Part shown: in pieces, positions 46,530-61,123 of the stretch
Position numbering within the stretch: the stretch's first letter is position 1
How the letters are laid out: each line of letters starts with the position of its first letter
Assembly (NCBI GenBank): GCA_964016885.1
Contig: OZ024749.1
Span: 48,050,001-48,114,000 of the forward strand
Length of the DNA: 64,000 bases
Reading direction: 5' to 3'
DNA from: Eledone cirrhosa
Taxonomy: Eukaryota
The notes under the pieces: generated by a model
Seen by the model: only the letters and a program-made list of their open reading frames with translations
Databases searched by the model: none
What the model was told of the DNA's origin: nothing
Made by a program: the position numbers and the translations under genes

Positions 46530-46910
46530 ATATGTATAATGGTAGATAAGATGCTCCCATAGGCGGTATGCCAGTTGAGCACTCTATGATCCTAAGGAGC
46601 AGAGCATGATATAATGGAAAACGACAAATCAGTGATGCATCGGAACTCAATTTATTGCGTGTTACAATTGTTTCCTCGGCGAACAGCTCGAGGTGCGATT
46701 TGTGTGTGGATCGACCTGACTCTGGATTCACAGGTTCCTAGGACACGTCTATTGATTTCGAAATCAATAGACGTGTCCTAGGAACCTATGAATCAGGAGT
46801 CAGGTCGATCCACACACAGATCCCACCTCGAGCTGTTCGCCAGGGAAACAATTGTAACACGCAATAAATTGAGTTCCGATACATCACTGATTTTTCGTTT
46901 TCCATTCTAT
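46530..46910. mobile_element. Family F fold-back element (147-bp arms, no loop, plus tail)
   Basis: 46613-46906 is palindromic about ATTTC|GAAAT (46759/46760). It contains a decayed HHR: CGTGT-cCTAGGA...GAAA-CAATTG-TA-ACACG. Confidence 0.8.
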
Positions 46911-48917
46911 ATATATATATTATATGAACAACATTTTGTAATTTGTGACGAGACATGTGAGTAAATGAGATTATGTATTTTGAAATCTATAAGTAGTATT
47001 AAGCCACTAGATATTTCTAAATATTTGAAGTTATTTCATCCTTTGTAAAATTACGTAATTGAATATTTTCCCTTTTCATTGATCTCCAGCAGAAATGAAT
47101 GAATCATCGTTTTTATTTTTACATATTTTAAGCTATATATTTTCAATTATAATCAAAATAAATTCATCTCACATACTTTCCGATTTCTCAGGCAGTGAAA
47201 CTTTCAAACGACAATGTTATAGTAATAAAATATATAAATTAAAAATGTATAGAGTTTGAAACTTTTCAATGGTGTTGTTGTTATTTGTCATGAAAACATT
47301 ATAACGAAACTGATCAGATTTAAAAGTAAATTATAAAAAATAGTTATTTATTATTTCTCAGAAGAGTACTATAATCATTCTGTTATTTTACTTCAAAGTA
47401 TGTGTGCAGTTTAATTGCACAATAACGCCATTTTCATTTGACAAAATATATTTTGTATATAACGACGTAAAGAAATTTATATATTTTTAAAATGTATTTT
47501 TGAATATCGGGAAATGAGGCAAATCAACATATATAGAATTATAGTAAGATAGTAGAAACTCATTCTAATGTCACTCGATGACATTTCAACAATTTATCAC
47601 AAACGGAAGGAAACATATCACTATGAAACAAATAAAATTTTACTTTTACAAATTAAATTGATCATGATTCTCTAAGGAAATCATGTTCTCGAAACACTGG
47701 ATTCGCATACATAATACTATATCTTTCAATACGAAACGTAGTCGAGATACAATGTAGAGATTGAATATTTCAGATGCAGATGTTAGCAGGTCAGCAATAC
47801 TCCAGGATTTATAAACGTTTAACAGATTCGTCTTGATGATAAGCAAGGGAAATATGATAGAATAATATAATAATAAATTGACGTGGCTAAAATATTGAAC
47901 GTTAACTTATGTGCAACATTTAGGGTTAGAGTACTTTTGGTGTGATGAATCAAAGCACTTTGCAGGTCTTATTAACTGAAGACATACGATTTGAGACCAC
48001 GGCATAATCTGTTTACATGAATGATACACCCGGCAATATTTCTAACACCATTCTCATTCGACTAACTGAATGTCCTAATGAGAGTTGACACTAAACATAA
48101 TTTCCTCTCTCCCAGCGGCAAAAATACACCATATGTCTATTTATTAATATATAAAAATAGACAAACACATCCTTTTTGCGCGCGTACGGAGTTGGCTTTA
48201 TATATCACATAATATAACAGAAATATAGCAGCTTTGAAAGGCAGAAAAAACTTCATACAAATGTCGTAGGGATATATAAATGTCGTGTGTGATCTACCTT
48301 AGTTTACTAGGACAGTACCATTGCTTCCCATAACACCTATTACATTCGGTTTGTAAAAGAACCGTTTACAATTTACCACTTCTGTCTCATTCCTCGTAAT
48401 ATAAGAAATGTGAACATCTGAAACATCAAAACGCAAAAGCGAAACATTCAAGCAAATACAGTCTCCTCATTCATGCATCTACTCCATAATAAATGCAGAA
48501 CGTATTTCTCAGAAATGAACCTATATATCAAATTCCCTACTTATTTCCATTATTCCTGTGCACGTTCATAGATTTTCAAGAATTCCATATGACAATGAAT
48601 GATAATATGACGTAAAATATTCCCAGACACTACGTTGTATCCTCATGTAGCCAACAGTAAAATTAAGAGCCAAATATATACCATACGACAATAAATAAAA
48701 ACCAACGTAGATAATATGTTGGATTTTAACTAAAATATGAGTGAGGAAAAGTTACAACAAGTATATATGCATGCGTAAAAACGACTTCAGTTAGCTGTTA
48801 TATACTAAATATATCAAGCAAGTTGAATGCAATGAAACTTCATCAAATCTCATCTGAGTATCATAAGAAATGAAACAATGCTACATTTTGCAGTACGAAG
48901 ATAACTATGTGTATGTA

Positions 48918-49046
<129 letters not shown>

Positions 49047-49230
49047 ATGAATGTGTGCATATATTTATGTATGTATGTATGTATGTATGTATGTATGGAT
49101 GTATGTATGTATGTATGTATGTATGTACGTGTGTACGTATGTATATATATAATTATGTATGCATGTATGTATGTAGATAAGTATTATGTAATTATGCAAG
49201 TGACTATATATGATTTGACGGATAGATGGA

Positions 49231-49323
<93 letters not shown>

Positions 49324-49327
<4 letters not shown>

Positions 49328-51313
49328 GAACAAGTATGACCCCGACGGCAGTGCTCAAGCCGTTTGGACGACTAATTCTGGACTAAATAAGAATTTTTAG
49401 ACTGGTAAATAAATAGCCGAAATTTTCAGGGGGTATTCCTTATATGGGAAGACAGTAATTGTCAAACGGATTGGTCAAAAATGTGTTGTACAGACAGATG
49501 ATTCTATCATGGCATTTGGTGGGAGGTAGGGGTAGCTGAACTTGCCGGTAGAACAAAGAGGGAGTGGGGGAAACCCAGTCAAACGTTGAAAGTGAAATCT
49601 ATAAAGCAGATTCTAAGGACAGTGTATAGAAGGGCGAAAAAAGTGTACGGGAGAAGAGGAAATGGGGGGGGGCGTTGAAAGAATAGGTAATTCGAAAGGT
49701 AGTAAACAAAAAAAACCTTATAAAAATAAGGAAATAAATATATAAAAAAACAATTTCTGGTTACTACTCCATATCCACAATCACCAAATCTTTCATTTGT
49801 ATTTCTAAGCAATAGAAAAGTTCAATAGGTAGAGAAAAGTACTAAATACGAGATTGTAGTGAAATAATTCTATAAAGCCGGCTTTACAGGGGGTTTAACA
49901 CCACTGCTATAGTTAGTTAGTAATCAGCCAATGCTATCTTACAATGACAGGTTAATATGTTGAGAACAAAAATACTAAAATATACTACAAAAATACTAAT
50001 ACGAAATATTAATTCAGAATACTAATACATAAATACTAATACCAGAATACTAATATAAATATACCAATAAGAAATTTAGAAATCACAGAAATGGAACAGC
50101 AACCAGAAAGAAAACAATTTACTGGGTCTAACACATCTGCTATACAAAGCGTAATCGGCAAATTCTATCTTAAACCTCCCTAGGTTTATATATTTCCCTA
50201 AGAAATATAGTTACGTCTACCTTTGTAAGCAGGGGTAACCCATGCTTACAAAGGTATACGTAACATTTTTATATTTTCCTCTATATTTCCTTCTTCCACC
50301 CATCTCTTCCTAGTCCTTCCAGCCCAGATCTCCTTCCTTGTCTTTTTTTCAACTTTTCGCTTACCCCGATGCAGCCCATCGGTCCTCTGTCTCCTCAGTA
50401 CCCCACTCCCCTCAAGTTTAAGATAGAATTGGCCGATTACGCTTTTTATTGCAGATGTGTTAGACTCCAGTAAATTGTTTTTTTTCTGGTTGCTGCTCCA
50501 TTTCTGTGATTTCTAAATTTCTTAGTGGTATTTTTGTATTAGTATTCTTGTATTAGTATTTCTGTATTAGTATTCTGAATTAATATTTCGTATTAGTATT
50601 TTTGTAGTAGTATTTTAGTATTGTTGTTCTCAACTTATTAACCTGTCATTGTAAGATAGCATTGGATGATTACTAACTAACTATAGCAGTGCTATTAGAC
50701 CCCATGTAAAGCCGGCTTTATGAAATTATTTCACTACAATCTCGTATTTAGTATTTTTCTCCACCTATTAATCTTTTCTATAGCTTACCAATACCAATGA
50801 GAGATTTGGTGATTGTGGATATGGAGTAGTAACCAGAAATTGTTTTTTATATATTTATTTCCTCATTTTTATAATGTTTTATTTGGTTTACTACCTTTTG
50901 ATTTACCTATTCTTTCAATCCGCCCACCCCATCTCCTGTACATTTTTTCGACCTTCTATACATTATCCTTAGAATCTGGTGTATAGATTTCACCTTCAAC
51001 GTTTAACTGGTTTTCCCCCACTCCCTCTTTGTTCAACGGCAAGTTCAGCTACCTCTACCTCCCACCAAATGCCATGATAGAATCATTTGTCTTTATAACA
51101 AATTGTTGACCAATCCTTTTGACAATTACTATCTTCCCATATAAGGAATACCTCCTTAGAATTTCGGCTATTTATTTACCAGGCTAAACATTCTTATTTT
51201 GTCCAGAATTAGCTTGGGGGTCATACTTGTTCCTATTACCCATTCTACCTCACTAAGTATTGATTCTTTTGGTGCGTTATGGTCCATCTGGTCCCTTACC
51301 ACATTTCCTTCGT

Positions 51314-51314
<1 letters not shown>
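49324..51314. mobile_element. Family B large fold-back element (arms about 850 bp, inner hairpin, tail)
   Basis: 49324-50176 is an inverted, visibly diverged copy of 50415-51236; inner hairpin at 50209-50263; tail 51237-51314; (TA)n flanks. Confidence 0.88.
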
Positions 51315-51401
<87 letters not shown>

Positions 51402-52018
51402 ATAATATTATTTATAGTTATATATACGCTATATACAACTATAATCAGGAAAGGTCACTAACTCATTACTAACTTATTACCACTAACAAAAAATAGCTCA
51501 ATGTAAATACATCAGATGCATTACAGAGCAGGAATATTAATACACAAAGATCTTTGCCTGCTTGATATGCGTGTAAACCTATGTTATCTTATGTCATCCC
51601 TTTGCCATACAATTATTATATATGCCAAGTACCATTGCTTGTTTCCTACCTAGCTGCCCTGTACATGCCTAACACGTTTGCATTCTGCTAGTGTTCTCGT
51701 TTTACGAGTAACTATCTACCTTAATGCCTCTTTAATTATTATACTATTCCCTTGTAATCTCTGTCGCATGCAGTCCACTCTGTGCCTTTTTAATTATTAT
51801 ACAATCCTCTTGTAATCTCTGTCACATCCATTCCATTCTGTAAATACGAAACTGTTGATGCCAACATTAATATCCATGTATCTATAGGATTGTTCAGTTG
51901 AATAGGAAGTTAATTATATGTCCAAACTTTGCTAGGGCTCCGATGAATCCAAACGAACATTTGGAAGAAACGATTGTCAACAATTCAATCATTTGAACAT
52001 AATTTTGATTATTGTGTA

Positions 52019-52019
<1 letters not shown>

Positions 52020-52071
<52 letters not shown>

Positions 52072-52074
52072 CAC

Positions 52075-52126
<52 letters not shown>

Positions 52127-52127
52127 C

Positions 52128-52158
<31 letters not shown>

Positions 52159-52207
52159 ATATATATGTGTATGTATATATATATATATATATATATATAC
52201 ATACACA

Positions 52208-52259
<52 letters not shown>

Positions 52260-52260
52260 T

Positions 52261-52348
<88 letters not shown>

Positions 52349-52367
52349 CATACACATATATAGTATA

Positions 52368-52407
<40 letters not shown>

Positions 52408-52488
52408 ATATATATGTGTATGTATATATATATATATATAATATATATGTGTATGTATATATATATATATATATATAATATATATGTG

Positions 52489-52586
<98 letters not shown>

Positions 52587-52612
52587 TATATATATATATA
52601 TATATATTTGTG

Positions 52613-52675
<63 letters not shown>
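52020..52675. repeat. (TA)n-rich microsatellite
   Basis: Visible tandem repeat. Confidence 0.95.
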
Positions 52676-52677
<2 letters not shown>

Positions 52678-53190
52678 ATAATAATAAAATTGAAGACTAA
52701 AATCCAAAGAGGGCTCGATAAGGATAAATATATATCAAATATATAAGAACCGTAGAGCAAATATTTATTAGAATAAGAGATTAAAGTTTAAGCAAAGAAT
52801 CGCTGCTTTCACCCTTAACGGGATCTTCTGAAACTAACAAAGTCAATCTCTAAACGCAGAAGTGGGTATTTCAAAAAACGTTGCAACCGGAGGAAGACAG
52901 GAATACGATACTTTGGTTCGTGGAAACGTTCCCTGGCAAAGAACGGGAAAAAACGAATATAATACGTCGTTAATAGGAGCTCCTATTAATGACGTATTAT
53001 ATTCGTTTTTTCCCGTTCTTTGCCAGGGAACGTTTCCACGAACCAAAATATCGTATTCCTGTCTTCCTCCGGTTGCAACGTTTTTTTGAAATATGCACTT
53101 CTGCGTTTACAGGTTGACTTTGTTAGTTTCAGAAGATCCCCTTAAGCGTGAAAGCAGCGATTGTTTGCTTAAACTTTAATCTGTTATTTT
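52672..53190. mobile_element. Family D fold-back element (208-bp arms, no loop, plus tail)
   Basis: 52772-53187 is palindromic about AGGAG|CTCCT (52979/52980); tail 52672-52771. Confidence 0.88.
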
Positions 53191-53192
53191 AT

Positions 53193-54321
53193 ATATATTG
53201 GTAAACGGAATAGAAAATGCTAACAAAATGTTCACAGTTGAAAAATGTTTTAATTAGGAATAAAAGAGTATTAGTGATTGTATGGGTTAGTATTCAGTTG
53301 TGGTTTTAAGTTTTTAAGTTTTTTCGTAGAATTTGGTTCATTCTATGGTCCTTTTTCAATACAGGGATGTTCTGGAGGATGGTGTCAAAGGCCTCATTGT
53401 TGAGGGGGTTGTGTGTGGAGATGTATGGAAGAGCTTTTAGTTTTGGTTGATTTACTTTAGGGTGTCTAAGGTCCTGGGTACTGAGTTTTAGGGCACGTTG
53501 GATTCCATTGTCAAATAGTGATGCAGGGTAGTCCCTGTCTATGAGTGTGTCCTTTAGTTCTCGTAGCCGTAAGCAGCAGATGTTTTTATTGGAGACTATA
53601 GTACAGATTCTCTTGGCTAAGTTGTAGGGAATATTAATTTTAACGTGTCTAGGGTGGCAAGAGTTGAAGGGGAGATATTGCTTGGAGTCTGTGGGCTTGT
53701 AATATATGTCTGTTTCTATTTTTTTGTTATGGATCTTAATGAGGATGTCGAGGAAGGGGAGTTGTTGATGGCTGTATTCCATCGTGAAGTTAATATTTGT
53801 GTTGAGCCCATTTATAAGGGTGTGAAATTCTTTAAGTTTTTCGATGTTTTCGTGCCAAAGGATGAAGCAGTCATCTAGATATCGCTTCCAGTTCCTTTCA
53901 ATGTCTAAGTGGAGGGTGTTTCCACTGGAAATCACCCTCTACACTAAAGTCCTAAACAAATTTGGAAACACCCTCCACTTACACATCAACTTACAGCCAT
54001 CAACAACTCCCCTTTCTCGACATCCTCATTAAGATCCATAACAAAAAAATAGAAACAGACATATACTACAAGCCCACAACAATGAGGCCTTTGACACCAT
54101 CCTCCAGAACATCCCTGTATTGAAAAAGGACCATAGAATGAACCAAATTCTACGAAAAAACTTAAAAACTTAAAACCACAACTGAATATTAACCCATACA
54201 ATCACTAATACTCTTTTATTGCTAATTAAACCATTTTTCAACTGTGAACAATTTGTCAGCATTTTCTATTCCGTTTACCAACATATAATAACTTGTGTGT
54301 TACACCTCTATTCTTTTAACT
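53193..54321. mobile_element. Family C PLE fold-back with RT fragment and internal deletions
   Basis: Left arm is the 3' end plus RT on the minus strand. Right arm (about 53960-54321) is an inverted, deleted copy plus tail ending CTTTTAAC-(TA)n. Confidence 0.88.
53306..53935 (-). pseudogene. PLE reverse transcriptase fragment (YLDD motif through thumb)
   Basis: WKRYLDDCFILW...INFTME...LPFLDILI...ETDIYYKPTDSKQYLPFNSCHPRHVKINIPY...RDYP. Confidence 0.9.
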
Positions 54322-54344
54322 ATATATATATATATATATATGTA

Positions 54345-54766
54345 CATATGAATGTTTATATAGTGTATTTTGCAATACACTGTGTGTTTAATTAAAATAA
54401 TTACGAAGACATTACGCTATTGTTTTAGAGTAGTAACAGTCTCAATTATTTTACATTTTCAGCAAACAGGAGGGATAAATCTGACAGAGCTGTTCCGTAC
54501 TTTTTGGTATTTATCAAAGCTAAATACTCCACCTGTTTGCCGAAAATCATGAATGTTTGATTCTTATATAAATCTAGTAATGATCAGGAACTGATTATAC
54601 AGAGCGGTGCCGGTCAAACAGAAATTGAGAATTCGAATTGGTGTTCTGAAATAGCGATATATATATATATGAATGTATATATAGTGTATTTTTAAATACA
54701 CTATGTGCTTAATTAAAAGCATTTCGAAAACCTTACGCTATTGTTTTAGAGTAGTGACAGTCTCAC
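54345..54766 (-). mobile_element. Family E element plus a tandem partial copy
   Basis: 54345-54615 is the reverse complement of 41950-42220; 54345-54446 is repeated at 54665-54766; the U3:A8 HHR-like fold lies at 54456-54546. Confidence 0.78.
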
Positions 54767-54771
54767 GTATA

Positions 54772-54818
<47 letters not shown>

Positions 54819-54865
54819 AAAATACAGAGTTACACACTCATATTGATACCCTGCAATTAATGAGC

Positions 54866-54959
<94 letters not shown>

Positions 54960-54999
54960 TGTATATATATATATATATGTATATATACACATATGTATA

Positions 55000-55087
<88 letters not shown>

Positions 55088-55091
55088 TCAT

Positions 55092-55318
55092 GTGAAGGCG
55101 TGTGGCTGAGTGGTTAGAGAATTGGATTCACAATCTTGAGATTGCGACTTCGATTCCTGGACCGGGCGATGCGTTATGTCCTTGAGCAAGACACTTTATT
55201 TTACGTTGCTCCATCTACCTGGAGTTGCGACCAATAGATAGTATTAGAAATTGGAAAGACCAACGGACCAACGGAAACATTGTTCCCTTGGTCCGTTTTG
55301 ACGAAAGTCCTTCGATCC
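55092..55318 (+). mobile_element. tRNA-derived SINE with CORE-like domain
   Basis: A box TGGCTGAGTGG, B box-like TTCGATTCC, TGTCCTTGAGCAAGACACTT. Confidence 0.8.
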
Positions 55319-55319
55319 T

Positions 55320-55358
55320 TTATATATATATATATGTATACATATGTATATATATATG

Positions 55359-55390
<32 letters not shown>

Positions 55391-55442
55391 TATATTTATG
55401 TACATATGTATCTATATATATATATATATATATACATATGCA

Positions 55443-55477
<35 letters not shown>

Positions 55478-55685
55478 GTATATACATATATATATATATG
55501 TATACATATATTTGTATATACCTATATATTTATATATATGTATATACCTATATATATATATATATATACATATATTAATACCTATACATATATATATATA
55601 TGTAAAATACATATATATATACCTATATATATATATATATATACATATATATATTTATATATATATATATACATATATATATATT

Positions 55686-55722
<37 letters not shown>

Positions 55723-55723
55723 G

Positions 55724-55763
<40 letters not shown>

Positions 55764-55840
55764 TATATGTGTATATATATATATATATATATACATATAT
55801 ATATGTATATTCCTATACATATATATATATATATCTATAC
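55320..55840. repeat. Degenerate (TA)n microsatellite
   Basis: Visible tandem repeat. Confidence 0.9.
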
Positions 55841-56248
55841 ACACACATACGCGTAAATATATATTTGAATGAATATTTTATTAATTCTTTTTCTGAATAT
55901 CATCTAAAATTGCAAGTTTACTGTCTTCAACCGTCATTAATGGATATAAATAGAAATAGTTCCTTTAATTATGCAGGTTGGTATTTGGAGGCAAATTGAA
56001 ATTATGTTCATTCAATCTATCTTTTTTATGTCTTCAACAATTCTAAATTTTAAATTATATTTAGCAGAACTAAAAACAGTGTTGCTATTTCTTGGAATAG
56101 GAAAGATAGAAACGAAGAAAACACTATAGTTATATGTTTGACATAACGGTGATATTGATTAGATCTAACATACTTTTTCAATGATATTATTTTGTATTTG
56201 ATTATATATATATATATATATGTATGTAAGTATGGACATATATATGTA

Positions 56249-56341
<93 letters not shown>

Positions 56342-56342
56342 T

Positions 56343-56423
<81 letters not shown>

Positions 56424-57055
56424 AATCTATATGTATTCATACACATACACTCATATATATATGAAGTGAGTGCCCAAAAAAGGCATATTTTCATATGTAA
56501 TTACTACTTCATTTCCGACTTATTGATTGAAAATCATATTTATTTCTTTTTAAATGTATATATGTTGTCAATTAGTATAATAAAAATTTATTTCTCCTAG
56601 ATCTAACATTATTTCTATTCTAAATTAGTTTCCATTCACGTATTGAAGTTGACTAATGCAGTTTTGTTTCTTATGATATCGTTAAAAATGAAGCAATATT
56701 TATTGAACAGATCTCACTTCAATTTGAACGATCGATGTTGTTTGGTCGTCCACTCTAAGGGTTTGTTCCATCAAACATGATTCTCCATGTGATATAACTT
56801 GTATAATCTTATAGCAGACGCAAATATCATGCGATATCAGAATTATATATTATGAGATAAATGTACATCACTATATTTATATATAAATGTCATAAGAATG
56901 TTACAATCTACCCGAAACGTTTTGATCGACCGGAGGACATTTTATATGTCAATGCCTTGATGTGCTATTTGGTTGGAAGGAAGCGAATATTTCACTCCTA
57001 TGAACTGGGTCGTATACGACTCTCGAATCATGCATGATTTCTACCTGATATCAAA

Positions 57056-57119
<64 letters not shown>

Positions 57120-57701
57120 TACGAATAGATAGGTAGAAATATTCTATATATATATGCACATTGGTTTCCAGGACTAATATAAATAAGGTAGTACATCTCT
57201 TGTGGCTATATATAAACACAAGGCTTTGGTTTTACTATTTATGTAAATTTTGTTATTTATTGTGCATTTAGAATTTGTCATTAAGTGCTTTTTCTAGATA
57301 TTGGTTTACAAAAAAATTCCAGAAAAATACATCGTGTCCTTGCAAAGGTTAGGTGAATAGTACACCCCCTTTTTTATATATGATTTAAATATTTGTGTTA
57401 CTTGTTTTAATGGTTTAGGTGTATAATTAATATCAGAGTTATTCAAATAACTGCGACTACATGGCACATTAGACGAATAGTACAGTAATTTGGCTTCAAT
57501 GTTCGCTCAAACGAGTTTATAGCAATCTAGCTCCCAGCTTCACAACTGTCTTCCTTTGATTCAATTCCTCTTTAACACGTTGCTATACATACGATTATGT
57601 TATTCACACATTGTATTCATTTCCTTCGGGCTATGTTTTACAATGTCCCTATTATTATTATTATACAGATTTACGCTTAAATTGTGTGTCTTAATTCGAA
57701 A

Positions 57702-57743
<42 letters not shown>

Positions 57744-58231
57744 TATTATCAAATTTTACTGAATATCTCATTTTAGTTTGATTTTAGTCACATTATTTTT
57801 ATTAACATTTTGAATCTAATTGTCACTTGTATTGAATTCAAAACAAATAGCTCGAAGCATGCATGATTTCTGCCTGATATCAACTGCATTGCAAGACAGA
57901 GCAGTGATCACATGTTTGAGCAGATACTATTCATTTCTCAATAAGCGGATATGATAGATTTGTTGAAGCTTTGATGAAATATTCAGGATTTCATACATTA
58001 ATGTATAGTGTGTTTGTTTTGTATATTATCCTTTTATTTTATTCTTCTTTAATCTGGAACGTCTATTTACTGTATTTATTTCATTACTATATTTTTATTA
58101 CATTTCCTTGCGTTTTGTCATATTGTTCACGTTTTCATCAAATCATAAATAAGTTTGAAATTATATGCTATCACAAGATTCCATAAATTGACTACGTAAT
58201 AAAAAACAACAAAAAACACTAACATAAAATA

Positions 58232-58313
58232 TATTATTATTATTGTTGTTGTTGTTATTATTATTATTATTATTATTATCAGTAGTAGTAGTAGTAGCAG
58301 TAGCAGCAGCAGG

Positions 58314-58351
<38 letters not shown>

Positions 58352-58354
58352 TAA

Positions 58355-58410
<56 letters not shown>
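58232..58410. repeat. Compound trinucleotide repeat (TTA/TTG/TAG/CAG)n
   Basis: Visible tandem repeat. Confidence 0.95.
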
Positions 58411-58765
58411 TGGATACTTTCTATCAGAGATCCAGTAAACAACGCTCAACACAATGTAGGATATTAGATTGCGTCTTTTAATGATAGAAGCACACATTTT
58501 ACCGTTCATTTCCCACTGGTTGATTTCATATAATCACAAGTGGACATCACATGGACGTACGTTAGAAATTATCAGAAAGAATGAAGTGTTGGCTTTAAAG
58601 TTATACAACTGAAGTTTAATTCTTGTTAATCCCAAACATTATCTATTTCATAGCTTCTGAACATGTATATGTATCCGCTTGCTCTTCAAATTCATTGATG
58701 GATATTATGACTATTTTCCAGAATATCAGATACAATGTCTACTTATATATATATATATGTATATA

Positions 58766-59385
<620 letters not shown>

Positions 59386-59469
59386 TATGAAGAGAGAAGA
59401 AACATTTAGATATAATTAGTAATAAAATCTATCATACCTAAACTGCTCCTAAATTCCTCAATGTCTACT

Positions 59470-59970
<501 letters not shown>

Positions 59971-60801
59971 CATACATATATATATATATAGTTAATCTAC
60001 ATATGAAGGGTGACCAAAGGGCATATTAACCCTAAATTAAAACATATTTCTGGAGCTGAAACAACTTTCTCTCTCTTCGGTTGATATTGAGAACTAATAC
60101 TGAATTGATGTTTGAGGTTTCAGGTGAGTGTCTACCTGGGCAAATAGAATCCAGAAGTTCACAATTGTATTCTGCTGAATTTACATATTTGAATGTGAAA
60201 AACTCTAATAGTATGCCATAACATTCTCTCATAAGGCTCAACAATTTATATTAATATGAAACCCTTATATTTTAAATATATATATATATATGCAATTTAA
60301 ATTCTTATAGATACTGTTGATATGTTTCCAGCCACTTCCAGGTTTATGTTCATATCACTTTTAATACAAAACATTCGATAATATTCCGGGTGATACATAT
60401 TATATTAGAAGAATTATACTGTATTGTTTCAACTGGTTACTCGCATTCCTAAAATGTTAAGTATATGTTTTGATGGCTTGAATTATATTTATTTGAATCA
60501 GAATAACTAACGAAAACAAATGCGACTGCCAAGAGATTTTAAACAGACAAACACCAATGTGCTTCCTCGATTCAGCATTGCAGGCACAATCATGGCAGAA
60601 TTATATTATCTATATGCGTAGCAACTAAACCATTTATTATATCTCCACAATATATTTGCAACATGACACTGATGAGTAAAACTATTCCGAAATGATTTGT
60701 TGTTTTCCTTCATTGTGTTTATTTGATACATTTAAAATTAACCATTGATAAATGCCAGACACCTCATAAATACATCCACATACATCCATACACACACACA
60801 C

Positions 60802-60920
<119 letters not shown>

Positions 60921-60928
60921 CGTATATA

Positions 60929-60982
<54 letters not shown>

Positions 60983-60990
60983 CGTATATA

Positions 60991-61049
<59 letters not shown>

Positions 61050-61063
61050 TATACATATAATAT

Positions 61064-61123
<60 letters not shown>

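Noticed and set aside
52843-53089. Mirror-image ORF pair
   Set aside because: A by-product of the palindrome; no recognisable domain.
54230-54265. HHR in the family C 3' end (GAACAATTTGTCAGC)
   Set aside because: No upstream CUGANGA core or stem I found.
58161-58509. Poly-T/A/N/V/Y ORFs
   Set aside because: Compound trinucleotide microsatellite.
60663-60703. ATGACA-CTGATGA-GTAAAACTATTCC-GAAA-TGA-TT-TGTTGT, HHR-like
   Set aside because: Weak stems II and III, single copy, no element context; may be chance.
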